Part shown: in pieces, positions 1 to 18,602 of the stretch | How the letters are laid out: each line of letters starts with the position of its first letter | Numbering within the stretch: the stretch's first letter is position 1 | Assembly: GCA_903836515.1 (NCBI GenBank) | Contig: CAILQW010000032.1 | Location: 833 to 64,832 of the forward strand | Reading direction: 5' to 3' | Length of the DNA stretch: 64,000 bases | Source: Candidatus Omnitrophota bacterium | GTDB lineage: Bacteria; Omnitrophota; Gorgyraeia; Zapsychrales; Fredricksoniimonadaceae | Translations under genes and position numbers: made by a program | The notes under the pieces: model-generated | What the model saw: only the letters and a program-made list of their open reading frames with translations | Database searches by the model: none | Told to the model about the DNA's origin: nothing

Positions 1-972
1 CGTACGGGCGTGGTCAAGGGGATCACGGATTTCGGCGCGTTCATCGATTTGGGCGGCGTGGACGGCCTGTTGCATATCACGGACATGAGCTGGTCGCGCA
101 TCAGCCATCCGTCGGAGATCGTCCGTCTGGGCGACCGGATCGAGATCATCATCCTCGATTTCGACAAGGAAAATTCCAAGGTTTCCCTTGGCCTCAAGCA
201 GATCACGCGCAATCCCTGGGAAAGCGTTTACGACAAGTATCCCACGGGCACCATCGTCAAGGGCAAGGTCGTTAACATCATGCCTTACGGCGTTTTTGTC
301 GAGATCGACAAGGGGATTGAAGGCCTTTTGCACGCCTCGGAGATCACCTGGCAGAAGAAGATGGTCAATCCCCAGGAGATGTTCACGGTCGGCCAGCAGG
401 TCGAGGTCCAGATCATCAATGTCGACAAGGATTCCAAGCGCATTTCTCTCAGCATGAAGCAGCTCGAGGACAACCCGTGGCTCAAGGCCGAGGAGAAGTT
501 CCCGGTCAACACCCGCGTCAAGGGCACGGTCCGCGGTTTTGCCGATTACGGCGCGTTTGTGGAGCTCGAGCACGGCCTCGAAGGCATGATCCACGTTTCC
601 GATATGTCCTGGACCCGCAAGGTCAACCATCCCCAGGAGGTCCTGCAGAAGGGCCAGCCGGTGGATGTGGTGATCCTGGCTGTCGACGGGAAGAACCGCA
701 AGATCACGCTGGGGCTCAAACAGCTTCAGCCCAATCCGTGGAGCGAGATCGCCAGGAAGTTCCCCATTGACATGGTGGCGGATGCGGCCGTGATCATGAA
801 TTCCAATTTTGGCGTGTTCGTCAAGCTTGAGGATGATATCGAGGCCCTTATCTATTCTTCCGAGATCGAGAAGGAAGAGGCGGCGAAGCTCAAGCCTGGC
901 GACAAGGTCCGTGTGAAGATCATCAAGGTAGATGTTGAACAGATGAAGATCGGCGTCAGCGCCCGCGTCTGA
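1..972 (+). CDS. rpsA: 30S ribosomal protein S1, C-terminal part (gene begins upstream of window); four S1/OB repeats visible
   Basis: Repeated S1-domain motifs (GxV.G.V..I..FGAFV.L..G..GL.HISE) in 320-aa ORF running from window edge; immediately precedes tyrS. Confidence 0.85.
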   Translation, partial: RTGVVKGITDFGAFIDLGGVDGLLHITDMSWSRISHPSEIVRLGDRIEIIILDFDKENSKVSLGLKQITRNPWESVYDKYPTGTIVKGKVVNIMPYGVFVEIDKGIEGLLHASEITWQKKMVNPQEMFTVGQQVEVQIINVDKDSKRISLSMKQLEDNPWLKAEEKFPVNTRVKGTVRGFADYGAFVELEHGLEGMIHVSDMSWTRKVNHPQEVLQKGQPVDVVILAVDGKNRKITLGLKQLQPNPWSEIARKFPIDMVADAAVIMNSNFGVFVKLEDDIEALIYSSEIEKEEAAKLKPGDKVRVKIIKVDVEQMKIGVSARV

Positions 973-976
973 AACG

Positions 977-2167
977 ATGGATATCAAGGACGCCCTCAGG
1001 CTTATCGGCCGCGGCACGACAGAGATCATCAATGCCGAGCTGCTGGAAAAGAAACTTGTCCGCAGCGAAAAAGAGGGGCGGCCCCTGATTATCAAGGCGG
1101 GATTTGATCCGACCGCCCCCGATATTCACCTGGGTCATGTTGTTCTTTTAAGGAAGATGCGCCAGTTCCAGGAGCTCGGGCACCGGGTCGTGTTTCTCAT
1201 CGGCGATTTTACGGCCCAGGTGGGCGATCCCACGGGGCGTAATGAGCTGCGCCGGAAGATGTCGCGTGAGGATGTTGAACGCAACGCGGTGACCTACAAG
1301 GATCAGGTATTCAAGGTCCTGGATCCCGCCCGGACCGAAGTGGTCTTTAACAGCCGCTGGTTTGGTGCGTTCGACGCCAGGCAGCTGATGGAACTGACGG
1401 CCCACGCGACCGTGGCCCAGACACTGGCCCGCGCGGATTTCAAAAAGCGTTTTGATGCGGGGCGCGAGATCAGCCTTCTTGAGTTTATTTACCCGCTTCT
1501 GCAGGGGTATGATTCGGTCCATCTTCATGCGGATGTGGAGCTTGGCGGTTCCGACCAGAAGTTTAACCTTCTTATGGGGCGCCAGATCCAGTCCGCCTTC
1601 GGACAGGAGCCGCAGGTGGTCATCATGACGCCGCTTCTCGAGGGGCTTGATGGTGTCCAGAAGATGTCCAAGTCGCTTGATAATTATATCGGCATCAACG
1701 AGCCGCCGCGCGAGATTTTCGGCAAGGTGATGTCGGTCAGTGATACGTTGATGCTAAGGTACTTCGAGCTGTTGACGGAAGAGCCTCTTGAGGCGGTCCG
1801 CCAGCAGCATCCGAAGGAGGCGAAGATGAGACTGGCCGGGGAGATTGTCCGGCAGTTTCACGGAACCGACGCCGCCCGGGATGCACGCACGCATTTTGAG
1901 AGTGTCTTTTCTCGAAAAGAGATCCCGGACGATATCCAGGTGCACACGCTCCCGCAAGGGGGCGGAGTACCGGGGAACGCCCCGGAGGCAGTGCCTCTGG
2001 TTGACATCCTTGTGAGCGCGGGGCTTGCACCATCCCGCAACGAGGCGCGGCGCCTGATCAAACAGGGCGCGGTCGCTTTCGCCGGACAACCCGTGATCGA
2101 TGAGCACTGGAGGGTTGTTCCCGGGATACTCAAGGTTGGCAAGCGGCGTTTCCTTAAGCTGGAATGA
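977..2167 (+). CDS. tyrS: Tyrosyl-tRNA synthetase (class I aaRS with C-terminal S4-like domain)
   Basis: HIGH-type motif (DIHLGHVV) and KMSKS motif present; S4-like tail ([13 protein letters not shown]); 396 aa. Confidence 0.85.
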   Translation: MDIKDALRLIGRGTTEIINAELLEKKLVRSEKEGRPLIIKAGFDPTAPDIHLGHVVLLRKMRQFQELGHRVVFLIGDFTAQVGDPTGRNELRRKMSREDVERNAVTYKDQVFKVLDPARTEVVFNSRWFGAFDARQLMELTAHATVAQTLARADFKKRFDAGREISLLEFIYPLLQGYDSVHLHADVELGGSDQKFNLLMGRQIQSAFGQEPQVVIMTPLLEGLDGVQKMSKSLDNYIGINEPPREIFGKVMSVSDTLMLRYFELLTEEPLEAVRQQHPKEAKMRLAGEIVRQFHGTDAARDARTHFESVFSRKEIPDDIQVHTLPQGGGVPGNAPEAVPLVDILVSAGLAPSRNEARRLIKQGAVAFAGQPVIDEHWRVVPGILKVGKRRFLKLE

Positions 2168-2239
2168 TGTGTTCTCGTCGGAAACCTTCCCGCAGCCTTT
2201 TTCATTGGATGCATTCTGGTTTAATTCGGGTTTAATTGC

Positions 2240-2268
2240 TTGACAAGAGTGGTGGTGTTGGCTATACT
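2240..2268 (+). promoter_or_regulatory. Near-consensus sigma70-type promoter (TTGACA-17 nt-TATACT) upstream of tRNA-Thr/rpmG/tRNA-Trp/secE
   Basis: TTGACA at 2240-2245, 17-nt spacer, TATACT at 2263-2268, located in 178-nt gap between tyrS stop and tRNA. Confidence 0.55.
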
Positions 2269-2345
2269 TTTGGTTCATTTATTTAGCACACCATCCGCCC
2301 GGGGCGGTGGGATTTGATATCCGGTTTGATCAGGCAAGGTTTTAT

Positions 2346-2421
<76 letters not shown>

Positions 2422-2492
2422 GTTCTCCGCACCGGTGAGGGGCGTGAGGCGCAAGATCGAAAAGCTTCGTTGACGCAACATAGACAGGACTT

Positions 2493-2645
2493 ATGCGAGA
2501 GATCATCCACTTCCAGTGTACCGTATGTCAGCGCATCAACTACTCCGGCATGAAGGACAAAAAGCAAAAGCCGGAGCGTATCGAACTGAGCAAGTATTGC
2601 GCTTTTGACAAGAAGCACACGCCGCACAAGGAAATGAAGAAGTAA
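2493..2645 (+). CDS. rpmG: 50S ribosomal protein L33 (50 aa; not in ORF track because <60 aa)
   Basis: Translation MREIIHFQCTVCQRINYSGMKDKKQKPERIELSKYCAFDKKHTPHKEMKK matches L33 C-terminal pattern (LeLkKYdp..kKH..hkE.K) and Cys pairs; sits between two tRNAs upstream of secE as in many bacteria. Confidence 0.75.
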   Translation: MREIIHFQCTVCQRINYSGMKDKKQKPERIELSKYCAFDKKHTPHKEMKK

Positions 2646-2671
2646 GTTTGCCGGTGGTGCAGGAAAAATAT

Positions 2672-2745
2672 AGGCCAGTAGCTCCAACTGGTAGAGCGAC
2701 GGTCTCCAAAACCGCAGGTTGCAGGTTCGAATCCTGCCTGGCCTG
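2672..2745 (+). tRNA. tRNA-Trp (anticodon CCA)
   Basis: Acceptor AGGCCAG/CTGGCCT, anticodon loop CTCCAAA, T-loop GGTTCGAATCC; classic position upstream of secE-nusG. Confidence 0.85.
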
Positions 2746-2753
2746 TGAATATT

Positions 2754-2939
2754 ATGATGATAAAGATTAAAACATTCATAGAAGAAGTTTTAGCGGAATT
2801 AAAAAAGGTCTCCTGGACCCCCCGCAAAGATCTGATCAACTCCACGTGGATCGTGTTGATCAGTGCCATTTGTCTGGGGTTATTTATCACAGGGACCGAC
2901 CTCCTCCTTTCCAGGGGGATGAACAGTATTATCAGATAG
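2754..2939 (+). CDS. secE: Preprotein translocase subunit SecE (short single-TM form)
   Basis: 61-aa protein with one hydrophobic helix (WIVLISAICLGLFITG) directly upstream of nusG; ORF track start 2745 is a GTG overlapping the tRNA, ATG at 2754 more likely. Confidence 0.75.
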   Translation: MMIKIKTFIEEVLAELKKVSWTPRKDLINSTWIVLISAICLGLFITGTDLLLSRGMNSIIR

Positions 2940-2945
2940 GGAATC

Positions 2946-3470
2946 ATGGACTGGTACGTCATTCACACTCAGACAGGCGCCGAAGAGCGCGCCAAGGCCG
3001 GCATTGACCGCCGGATTCAGACCACGGCGCTCAAGACTTACGTTGAAGAGATCGTTGTCCCGACCGAGCAGGTTTCAGAGGTTCGCGGCGGGAAGAAGCG
3101 CATCACGACGCGGAAGTTCTTTCCCGGTTATATCCTGATCAAGATGAATATGACCAAGGAGAGCTGGTACCTTATCAAGACAACGCCTGGCGTGACCAGC
3201 TTCATCGGTCCCGGACGTCAGCCGCAAAAACTTTCTGAAGAAGAAGTTAACACCATCCTCAAGAGAACGGTCGAGACCGAGTCAAAACCCTCGCCCAAGA
3301 TCGTTTTCGATATCAACGAGCCGATCCGCATCACCCAGGGGCCGTTCGCTAATTTCAACGGTTCCGTGATGGAGGTCTTTCCCGACCGCGGGAAGCTCAA
3401 GGTCAGCGTCCCGGTTTTCGGACGTGCCACCCTCGTTGAGCTGGAGTATTGGCAGGTCGAGAAAATCTAA
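2946..3470 (+). CDS. nusG: Transcription termination/antitermination factor NusG
   Basis: NGN domain start (WYVIHTQTGAEERAK) and C-terminal KOW motif (GSVMEVFPDRGKLKVSVPVFGRATLVELEYWQVE). Confidence 0.9.
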   Translation: MDWYVIHTQTGAEERAKAGIDRRIQTTALKTYVEEIVVPTEQVSEVRGGKKRITTRKFFPGYILIKMNMTKESWYLIKTTPGVTSFIGPGRQPQKLSEEEVNTILKRTVETESKPSPKIVFDINEPIRITQGPFANFNGSVMEVFPDRGKLKVSVPVFGRATLVELEYWQVEKI

Positions 3471-3491
3471 CAATTACGATCAGGTAAAATT

Positions 3492-3917
3492 ATGGCAAAA
3501 GAACAAATAGCAAAGGTCAATCTCTATGTGACCGCAGGTCAGGCGAATCCGGCTCCGCCAGTCGGTCCGGCGCTGGGTCAGCACGGCGTCAATATCATGG
3601 AGTTCTGCAAGAAGTTCAATGAGCAGACCAAGGGCCGGGATCCGATGCCCCTGCCTGTCATCATTAATGTGTACAAGGATAAGTCTTTCGATTTTATCAT
3701 CAAGACTCCGCCAAGTTCAGCGCTTTTGAAAAAGGCGGCGAAGGTTGCGAAGGCTTCCGGCGAGGCCGGCAAGCAGACCGTAGCGACGATCACCCGTGCG
3801 CAGGTCGAAGAGATCGCCAAGCAAAAGATGGAGGACCTGAATACAGCGGATATTCAGCAGGCCATCCGCGTGGTCACAGGGACCGCCAGAAGCATGGGCA
3901 TTGCGATAAAGGATTAA
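3492..3917 (+). CDS. rplK: 50S ribosomal protein L11
   Basis: Conserved L11 N-terminus (AGQANPAPPVGPALGQHGVNIMEFCKKFN). Confidence 0.95.
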   Translation: MAKEQIAKVNLYVTAGQANPAPPVGPALGQHGVNIMEFCKKFNEQTKGRDPMPLPVIINVYKDKSFDFIIKTPPSSALLKKAAKVAKASGEAGKQTVATITRAQVEEIAKQKMEDLNTADIQQAIRVVTGTARSMGIAIKD

Positions 3918-3922
3918 ACATC

Positions 3923-4606
3923 ATGGCCACAAAAGTCAGTAAACGTATCAAAGCGGCTTATACTAAAGTAGATGCCGTGCGGACATACCCGCTCCAGGAG
4001 GCGCTGGCGCTTGTGCTGCAGACTCCGAAAGTGAAGTTTGATGAAACGGTCGAACTTCATTTCAACCTGAATCTCAATCTCAAGGCTTCCGACCAGAATA
4101 TTCGCGGGACGGTGGTTTTGCCTCACGGCACCGGTAAAACGCTGCGTGTGGCTGTGGTCTGTCAGGGTGAGAATGTCAACAAGGCCAAGGATGCCGGGGC
4201 GGATTTCGTCGGCAGTCAAGATTTGATCGAAAAGATCGACAAAGGATTCCTGGGTTTCGATTGCCTCATCGCGACTCCGGATATGATGAAAGACCTGAGC
4301 AAGCTCGGTAAGGTCCTTGGACCGCGGGGCCTCATGCCCAGTCCCAAGGCGGGTACCGTGACCGTGGATATCGAACGGGCTCTCAGGGAAGTGAAAGCCG
4401 GCCGTGTGGAGTTCAAGAATGATAAACAGGGCGGTATTCACCTGGGTATCGGCAAGCGGTCGTTCAGCGAACAGAAGCTCTCTGAGAATGCCCAGCATCT
4501 CATCGAGGCGGTTGATCACGCCAAACCGTCATCGGTGAAGGGTATTTTCATCAAGAGCGTTTATCTGTCCACAACCATGGGTGTGGGGGTAAGGGTGGCG
4601 ATATGA
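3923..4606 (+). CDS. rplA: 50S ribosomal protein L1
   Basis: 227 aa, L1 family motifs, positioned rplK-rplA-rplJ. Confidence 0.9.
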   Translation: MATKVSKRIKAAYTKVDAVRTYPLQEALALVLQTPKVKFDETVELHFNLNLNLKASDQNIRGTVVLPHGTGKTLRVAVVCQGENVNKAKDAGADFVGSQDLIEKIDKGFLGFDCLIATPDMMKDLSKLGKVLGPRGLMPSPKAGTVTVDIERALREVKAGRVEFKNDKQGGIHLGIGKRSFSEQKLSENAQHLIEAVDHAKPSSVKGIFIKSVYLSTTMGVGVRVAI

Positions 4607-5133
4607 TGAAAGTCGGCAAAATATTCAGAGAGAAGATCACCAAGACATTGCGTGACGGCGTGGAGAAGCAGGAGAATGTGTTCCTGATCAATTTCAGCAA
4701 TACATCGTCCAGCTCTATTTGCACGCTGCGCAAAATGCTCCAGCAGAAAAAAGCGAAAGTCTTCTTGTCACGTAATTCGCTCGCCCGGGTCGCTCTTAAG
4801 GGGACGGCGCTGGCGCCTGTGACGGAAGCCATTGAAGGCCAGACGCTTTTTGTGTGGACCAACGCGGATCCTGTGGATATATCCAAAATCCTCATCAAGT
4901 TCGCGGAAAAGAACGAGAATTTCGCCATACGTGGCGGTGTAGTGAGCAGCCAGCTTCTCAGGAAGGAAGATGTCAAACGTCTTTCTGACCTGCCGGCCAA
5001 GGAAGTTCTTCTGGCGCAGTTGTTGGGCACGTTGCAGTCTCCGATGACGCGTCTTGCCAGGACTTTAAACGGGAAAACAGTCGAATTGCTTTCGATCTTG
5101 AAACAAATAAGTGAAAAAAGGGGAGGTAATTGA
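4603..5133 (+). CDS. rplJ: 50S ribosomal protein L10
   Basis: 176 aa, 4-nt ATGA overlap with rplA, precedes L7/L12. Confidence 0.85.
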   Translation: MMKVGKIFREKITKTLRDGVEKQENVFLINFSNTSSSSICTLRKMLQQKKAKVFLSRNSLARVALKGTALAPVTEAIEGQTLFVWTNADPVDISKILIKFAEKNENFAIRGGVVSSQLLRKEDVKRLSDLPAKEVLLAQLLGTLQSPMTRLARTLNGKTVELLSILKQISEKRGGN

Positions 5134-5534
5134 TCATGTCTGATAACACTCTTTCTCCGAAGCTCGCTGAGCTCGTGAAGTCTATTGAGGGGCTGACAGC
5201 TCTTGAGCTGTCTGACCTTGTCAAGGCTCTTGAGGTCAAGTTCGGCGTCACGGCATCAGCGCCGATGATGATGGCCGGTGCGGCCATGGGCGGTGCGGCG
5301 GCTACGGCTCCCGTCGAGGAAAAAACTTCGTTCACCGTTATCCTGAAGGAAGCGGGCGCGAACAAGATCAACGTCATCAAGGAAGTCCGTGCCATCACCA
5401 ACTTGGGCCTCAAAGAAGCCAAGGACCTGGTCGAAGGTGCTCCTAAGACTGTCAAGGAAGACGCGACCAAGGAAGAGGCCGAAGATCTCAAAAAGAAGCT
5501 CGAGGCTGCCGGCGCCAAGGTCGAACTCAAGTAA
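5130..5534 (+). CDS. rplL: 50S ribosomal protein L7/L12
   Basis: Ala-rich hinge ([11 protein letters not shown]) and conserved C-terminal domain ([15 protein letters not shown]...[14 protein letters not shown]). Confidence 0.95.
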   Translation: MIMSDNTLSPKLAELVKSIEGLTALELSDLVKALEVKFGVTASAPMMMAGAAMGGAAATAPVEEKTSFTVILKEAGANKINVIKEVRAITNLGLKEAKDLVEGAPKTVKEDATKEEAEDLKKKLEAAGAKVELK

Positions 5535-5643
5535 TCAGGTTCTTCTCCTGTGCCGGGTGATACTGGCCCGTGATACGGGGTGTGTCTGAATAGCAGGATG
5601 TGGTCATGAACGCGTTGAGCTCCAAAGCTTAAGCCGTTCCTCG

Positions 5644-5665
5644 TCCCGCCCCTTAGGGGGCGGGA
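5644..5665 (+). terminator. GC hairpin between rplL and rpoB, putative partial terminator/attenuator
   Basis: TCCCGCCCC-TTAG-GGGGCGGGA 9-bp stem in the 161-nt rplL-rpoB spacer; trailing sequence (ATTAAC) is not U-rich so termination would be partial. Confidence 0.35.
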
Positions 5666-5695
5666 TTAACACTTAACAGAAAATTCTGTAAAGAT

Positions 5696-13254
<7,559 letters not shown>

Positions 13255-13572
13255 GTCGCCGGCTTTGGATTCTTGCCCGCAAAAACGCGGTGTTTGCTTG
13301 CAGGTCAAAACGATGACACCCAAGAAGCCCAACTCGGCGCTTCGCAAGATCGCGCGTGTGCGTCTTTCGAACAAGATTGAAGTTACATCCTATATTCCTG
13401 GCGAGGGGCACAATCTCCAGGAGCATTCCATCGTTCTCGTCCGCGGCGGCCGTGTGAAAGATCTTCCCGGCGTCCGGTATCATATGGTGCGCGGAACATT
13501 GGATACGGCAGGTGTCGCTAAGAGAAAGCAATCCCGTTCCAAGTACGGTACAAAGAGAGAGAAGTCATAATC

Positions 13573-14043
13573 ATGAGAAGACGTCGTGCTGATAAAAGAG
13601 AAGTGATGCCTGATCCGAAGTACAGCAGTGAGCTTGTTTCCCGTTTTATGAACGTCATCATGGAGTGCGGGAAAAAGACTGTTGCCGAAGGCATTGTTTA
13701 CGGGGCCCTGGACATGCTGGCGTCGAAGGTGACCGAAGAGCCGGTGCTTAAGGCCTTCAGCAAGGCTGTTGACAATGTACGTCCGCGCGTTGAACTTAAA
13801 GCCCGCCGTGTTGGTGGTGCGACTTATCAGGTCCCGATCGATGTGGCTCCCCTCCGTGGCACGTCCCTCGCTTTACGCTGGATACGTGACTTTGCCCGCA
13901 AGAAAAAGGGCAAGCCTATGGTGCAGAAACTCGCCGATGAACTGATCGCAGCCTACAAGCAGGAAGGTGCGGCAATCAAGAAACGCGATGAGACGCACAA
14001 GATGGCCGAGGCGAATAAGGCTTTCAGTCATTTCAGATGGTAA
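13573..14043 (+). CDS. rpsG: 30S ribosomal protein S7
   Basis: 156 aa S7 family, follows rpsL. Confidence 0.9.
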   Translation: MRRRRADKREVMPDPKYSSELVSRFMNVIMECGKKTVAEGIVYGALDMLASKVTEEPVLKAFSKAVDNVRPRVELKARRVGGATYQVPIDVAPLRGTSLALRWIRDFARKKKGKPMVQKLADELIAAYKQEGAAIKKRDETHKMAEANKAFSHFRW

Positions 14044-14066
14044 TTCAATAACAGGTAATAGATAAA

Positions 14067-16175
14067 ATGGCAGTTAGCGAACACATTCCTCTTGAGAGAG
14101 TCAGAAATATTGGTATTATCGCGCATATCGATGCAGGTAAGACCACGACCACTGAGCGTATCCTTTATTATACAGGCATGATCCATAAGCTGGGCTCTGT
14201 CGATGAAGGCAATACCCAGATGGATTACATGGAACAGGAAAAGGAACGCGGCATCACGATTGTTGCGGCGAACACCACGACCTACTGGAAAAATCATAAA
14301 GTCAATATCATCGATACGCCCGGCCACGTCGATTTCACCATCGAAGTTGAGCGTTCGCTGAAGGTCCTCGACGGCGCTGTCATCGTTTTATGTGCCACGA
14401 GCGGTGTTCAATCACAGACCGAAACCGTGTGGCGTCAGGCTGACCGGTATCATGTCCCCCGCGTGGCGTTTATCAACAAGGTTGACCGGCTGGGTGCCGA
14501 TTTTGACCGTGTGCTGGGGCAGTTGCGTGAACGTCTGGGTGCCAATGCGGCGGCTATCAATTTCCCCGATGCCCATGAGGACCAGTTCAAGGGTGTCATC
14601 GATGTGGTAGCTATGAAATATATTACCTACGAAGATGCCGACGGCCTGAAGATGATCGTTTCCGATGTCCCTGAAAACCTGATGGCCAAGGCCGCAGCTT
14701 ATCGCCATACACTTGTCGAAAAAGTAGGCGAGGCCGATGATGCGATCATGGAAAAATATTTGAACGAAGAAGCGGTGTCCCCTGAAGATCTCATGGCGGG
14801 TATTCGCCGCGGAGTTCTGAAGGCCAAATTTCTCCCGGTTTTATCCGGTACGGCGTTGCGCAATCGCGGCGTCCAGCTTGTGCTTGACGCTGTCGTTGAT
14901 TATCTTCCTTCGCCGCTGGATGTTCCTCCGGTCAAGGCTTTTAATCCTAATAACAAAGAAGATGTTTTTTACCGCAAACCTGATGATCGTGAACCGCTTG
15001 CGGCCCTGGTTTTTAAGGTGGCTTCTGATCCTTACGTCGGCAAACTCTTTTATACCCGTATTTATTCCGGCGTGCTTACAGCCGGCGAAACCCTCCTGAA
15101 TGCTACGCGTGACAAGAAAGAGCGTGTTTCCAAACTGCTCTTGATGCATGCCAACAAGCAGGAGATCATTGCCAAGGCCGGCGCCGGTGAGATCATCGCA
15201 GTTGTTGGCTTGAAAGAAACCAAAAATGGTGATACACTGTGTCATGATTCTTTCCCTGCGATCCTTGAAGGCATGAAGGTTCCGGAGCCTGTTGTATCCA
15301 TGGCGCTTGAACCCAAGACCAAGGCTGACCAGGATAAGTTGGGCATGATCCTCAGGAAGTTCCTCGACGAAGATCCTTCCCTGCGTGTGGAGTATGATCA
15401 TGAAACGTCCCAGACCATTATTTCCGGGATGGGTGAGCTTCATCTTGAGATTGTCATTGACCGTATGAGGCGCGAGCACGGCCTTGAAGCAAATATCGGA
15501 CGTCCGCAGGTTGCCTATAAAGAGGCGATCACCCGGAAAGTTGAAGATGTGGTGGGTAAATTTATTTCCCAGACAGGTGGCCGCGGGCAATATGGTCACG
15601 TCGTCATTGATGTCGAGCCTGCCGAGCGCGGGAGCGGTGTGAAGTTTATCGATAAGGTTGTCGGCGGTGTTATTCCCCGTGAATTCATCAAGTCGATCGA
15701 GACGGGGATTATGTCCCAGTCCAAGAGCGGTATCCTGGCAGGGTATCCGGTGACAGATCTCGTGGTGACGCTGCATGATGGTTCGTATCACGATGTAGAT
15801 TCAAGCGATATTGCTTTCCAGATGGCAGCCAGGATCGCGCTTAAAGAAGGTCTTCTTAAAGGTGGTTCAAGTTTTCAGGAGCCGATCATGTCGGTAGAGG
15901 TTGCCTGTCCTGAAGAGTTCATGGGGTCTGTGATCGGCGATCTTAATACACGCCGTGCCAAGATCACCGAGCTCGGTAACATCGGCAATGTCAAGACGAC
16001 ACGTGCTGATGTTCCTCTGGCGGAAATGTTCAATTATGCCAATGCACTCCGTTCGCTCACGCAGGGACGTGCCAGTTTTTCGATGGAGCCTTCATATTAT
16101 GCGCAGGTTCCAAACAATGTTGCTGAAAAGATTATCGGTGCGCGTCAGGATTATTTAAATAGCAGAAGGAAATAA
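14067..16175 (+). CDS. fusA: Elongation factor G
   Basis: GTPase motifs AHIDAGKTT, DTPGHVDF, NKVD; 702 aa. Confidence 0.95.
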   Translation: MAVSEHIPLERVRNIGIIAHIDAGKTTTTERILYYTGMIHKLGSVDEGNTQMDYMEQEKERGITIVAANTTTYWKNHKVNIIDTPGHVDFTIEVERSLKVLDGAVIVLCATSGVQSQTETVWRQADRYHVPRVAFINKVDRLGADFDRVLGQLRERLGANAAAINFPDAHEDQFKGVIDVVAMKYITYEDADGLKMIVSDVPENLMAKAAAYRHTLVEKVGEADDAIMEKYLNEEAVSPEDLMAGIRRGVLKAKFLPVLSGTALRNRGVQLVLDAVVDYLPSPLDVPPVKAFNPNNKEDVFYRKPDDREPLAALVFKVASDPYVGKLFYTRIYSGVLTAGETLLNATRDKKERVSKLLLMHANKQEIIAKAGAGEIIAVVGLKETKNGDTLCHDSFPAILEGMKVPEPVVSMALEPKTKADQDKLGMILRKFLDEDPSLRVEYDHETSQTIISGMGELHLEIVIDRMRREHGLEANIGRPQVAYKEAITRKVEDVVGKFISQTGGRGQYGHVVIDVEPAERGSGVKFIDKVVGGVIPREFIKSIETGIMSQSKSGILAGYPVTDLVVTLHDGSYHDVDSSDIAFQMAARIALKEGLLKGGSSFQEPIMSVEVACPEEFMGSVIGDLNTRRAKITELGNIGNVKTTRADVPLAEMFNYANALRSLTQGRASFSMEPSYYAQVPNNVAEKIIGARQDYLNSRRK

Positions 16176-16208
16176 TTCAGTTGTTATCTGAAAAGGGAGG
16201 AATACACA

Positions 16209-17402
16209 ATGGCTAAGGAAAAATTTGAAAGAAATAAACCGCATTTGAACATCGGTACCATCGGTCACGTTGACCATGGTAAGACGACGCTTTCGTCAGC
16301 CATTACGACTGTTCTTGCCGAGAAGGGCCTGGCCCAGGCACGTGCGTATGATTCCATTGATAATGCGCCTGAAGAAAAAGAGCGCGGCGTTACGATCAAT
16401 ATCGCTCACCTGGAATATCAGACCGAAGCGCGTCATTACGCGCATATCGATTGCCCCGGCCATGCGGACTACATCAAGAACATGATCACCGGTGCGGCCC
16501 AGATGGATGGTGCGATCCTTGTCGTATCCGCCACTGACGGCGCGATGCCCCAGACCCGTGAGCACATCCTGCTCGCGCGTCAGGTGAATGTCCCGCGTAT
16601 CGTTGTTTTCCTGAACAAGTGCGACGCGGCCGACCCCGAGCTTCTCGACCTGGTCGAAATGGAAATCCGTGATCTTCTTACGAAGTACAAGTTCGATGGC
16701 GATAACACCCCGGTAATTCGTGGTTCCGCTCTTGAAGCCCTGAACAATCCCAAAGATGTTACCGGCAAAGCCAAGTGCATCCTTGAGCTCATGACAGCTG
16801 TCGACGCGTGGATCCCGATGCCTGTGCGTGAGCTTGACAAGCCTTTCTTGATGGCTGTCGAGGATATTTTCTCGATCTCCGGCCGCGGGACTGTTGCTAC
16901 TGGACGTATCGAGCGCGGTATTGTGAAAGTCGGACAGGACGTCGATATCGTCGGCCTCCGTCCCGAGATCGGCAAGACCACTGTTACAGGTGTTGAAATG
17001 TTCCGCAAGGAACTTGATCAGGGTCAGGCCGGGGATAACGTCGGTCTTCTCCTGCGCGGCGTTGACAAAGAGACCATCGAGCGCGGCATGGTCCTGGCGT
17101 TCCCGGGTTCCATCAAACCGCACAAGAAGTTCAAGTGCTCGGTGTATATCCTGACGAAGGAAGAGGGCGGGCGCCATACCCCGTTCTTCAAGGGTTATCG
17201 TCCCCAGTTTTATTTCCGTACCACGGACGTTACAGGTACCGCAGAACTTCCCGCTGGCGTGGAGATGTGCATGCCTGGCGACAATGTGGCGTTGACGGTT
17301 GAGCTTATTGTTCCGGTCGCCTGCGAAAAAGAACTCCGTTTCGCCATCCGCGAAGGCGGCAAGACGGTCGGTGCAGGCGTTGTTTCAGAGATCATCGAAT
17401 AA
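16209..17402 (+). CDS. tuf: Elongation factor Tu
   Basis: [21 protein letters not shown]; 397 aa. Confidence 0.95.
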   Translation: MAKEKFERNKPHLNIGTIGHVDHGKTTLSSAITTVLAEKGLAQARAYDSIDNAPEEKERGVTINIAHLEYQTEARHYAHIDCPGHADYIKNMITGAAQMDGAILVVSATDGAMPQTREHILLARQVNVPRIVVFLNKCDAADPELLDLVEMEIRDLLTKYKFDGDNTPVIRGSALEALNNPKDVTGKAKCILELMTAVDAWIPMPVRELDKPFLMAVEDIFSISGRGTVATGRIERGIVKVGQDVDIVGLRPEIGKTTVTGVEMFRKELDQGQAGDNVGLLLRGVDKETIERGMVLAFPGSIKPHKKFKCSVYILTKEEGGRHTPFFKGYRPQFYFRTTDVTGTAELPAGVEMCMPGDNVALTVELIVPVACEKELRFAIREGGKTVGAGVVSEIIE

Positions 17403-17501
17403 GAAAGCGTCACGACCACGTCGTGAGGCGCCGGCTGCAAGGCAGGCAGGGAATCCCGGCCCTATGATTGCGGGATAAACAAACGAAGGTAGTAACGGCA
17501 C

Positions 17502-17804
17502 ATGCAGAAGATACGTATTAAACTCAAAGCATATGATCATCGACTGATCGATCAATCGACCCAGGAGATTGTGGATACGGCCATAAGGACAGGCGCCAAG
17601 GTGCACGGGCCGGTTCCTCTTCCGACCAAGAAGGAGCTTTATACGGTCCTTCGTTCTCCGGTCATTGATAAGAAGTCTCGTGAACAGTTCGGTCTTGCGA
17701 CTCATAAGAGGCTCATTGATCTGGTTGAGCCTACATCCAAGACTGTCGAGGCCTTGCGGAAATTAAACCTTCCTGCCGGCGTGGACGTAGAAATCAAACA
17801 ATAA
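17502..17804 (+). CDS. rpsJ: 30S ribosomal protein S10
   Basis: [19 protein letters not shown]... canonical S10. Confidence 0.95.
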   Translation: MQKIRIKLKAYDHRLIDQSTQEIVDTAIRTGAKVHGPVPLPTKKELYTVLRSPVIDKKSREQFGLATHKRLIDLVEPTSKTVEALRKLNLPAGVDVEIKQ

Positions 17805-17819
17805 AAGTTGGTAGTGCGT

Positions 17820-18533
17820 ATGATCAGCGGATTGTTGGGAAAAAAAATCGGCATGACCCAGATCTTTGACAAAGAGGGCAATGTTGTCCCTGTGACAGCA
17901 CTCGAAGTCGGTCCATGTTATGTGCTTGGCCTCAAGGATAAGCCTGTAAAGGTTGTCCTGGGTTATGATGAAATAAAGGAATCCAAATGCACAAAGCCGC
18001 GTTTGGGGTTCTTCAAGAAAGCGCTCGCTCCGGCACTGCGGACTGTCCAGGAGTTCAAGTCTACGGATAATTCAGGCTATCAGCTCGGGCAGCAGCTCAA
18101 GGCAGATGTGTTCCGCCCGGGTGATTATGTTACCGTGGTGGGAACATCCATCGGCAAGGGGTTTCAGGGCGGTATCAAGCGCTGGAACTGGCATGGCGGC
18201 GATGCGGGCCATGGATCCATGCACCATCGGCGGATCGGGTCCAACGGTGCTAACACGTATCCTGGACGCGTCCTGCGCGGGAAGAACATGCCCGGCCATA
18301 TGGGTGATGTACAGGTCACGGTTCAGAATCTGCGGGTCATGCAGGTTCATCCTGAAGACAACATGATCCTTGTCAAAGGTGCGGTTCCCGGTGCCAAAAA
18401 CGGGCTTCTGACGATCGAGAGATCCTTCAAGAAGGCATACCGTCCCTTGGATGAGCAGAAAGAAGTGGTTGTTCACAAGCGTAACCCGATGAAGCAGGCG
18501 AAGGCCGCGGCAAAAGGTAAGTCGAAAAAATAA
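17820..18533 (+). CDS. rplC: 50S ribosomal protein L3 (with ~30-aa Lys-rich C-terminal extension)
   Basis: MISGLLGKKIGMTQIF start (ATG 17820; ORF track begins at upstream TTG 17808); tail KRNPMKQAKAAAKGKSKK beyond usual L3 length. Confidence 0.9.
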   Translation: MISGLLGKKIGMTQIFDKEGNVVPVTALEVGPCYVLGLKDKPVKVVLGYDEIKESKCTKPRLGFFKKALAPALRTVQEFKSTDNSGYQLGQQLKADVFRPGDYVTVVGTSIGKGFQGGIKRWNWHGGDAGHGSMHHRRIGSNGANTYPGRVLRGKNMPGHMGDVQVTVQNLRVMQVHPEDNMILVKGAVPGAKNGLLTIERSFKKAYRPLDEQKEVVVHKRNPMKQAKAAAKGKSKK

Positions 18534-18602
18534 GGCTCCTTCAGGGAGAAATCCACGCAGGTATTAAGGGAAGATCTGCCACAGGATAAGGTAAAGGAAG
18601 TA

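Noticed and set aside
17403-17501. tuf-rpsJ spacer hairpin (TCACGAC-cac-GTCGTGA) as an S10-leader attenuator
   Set aside because: Short stem, no U-tract, no resemblance I can verify to the L4-responsive leader. Too weak to call.
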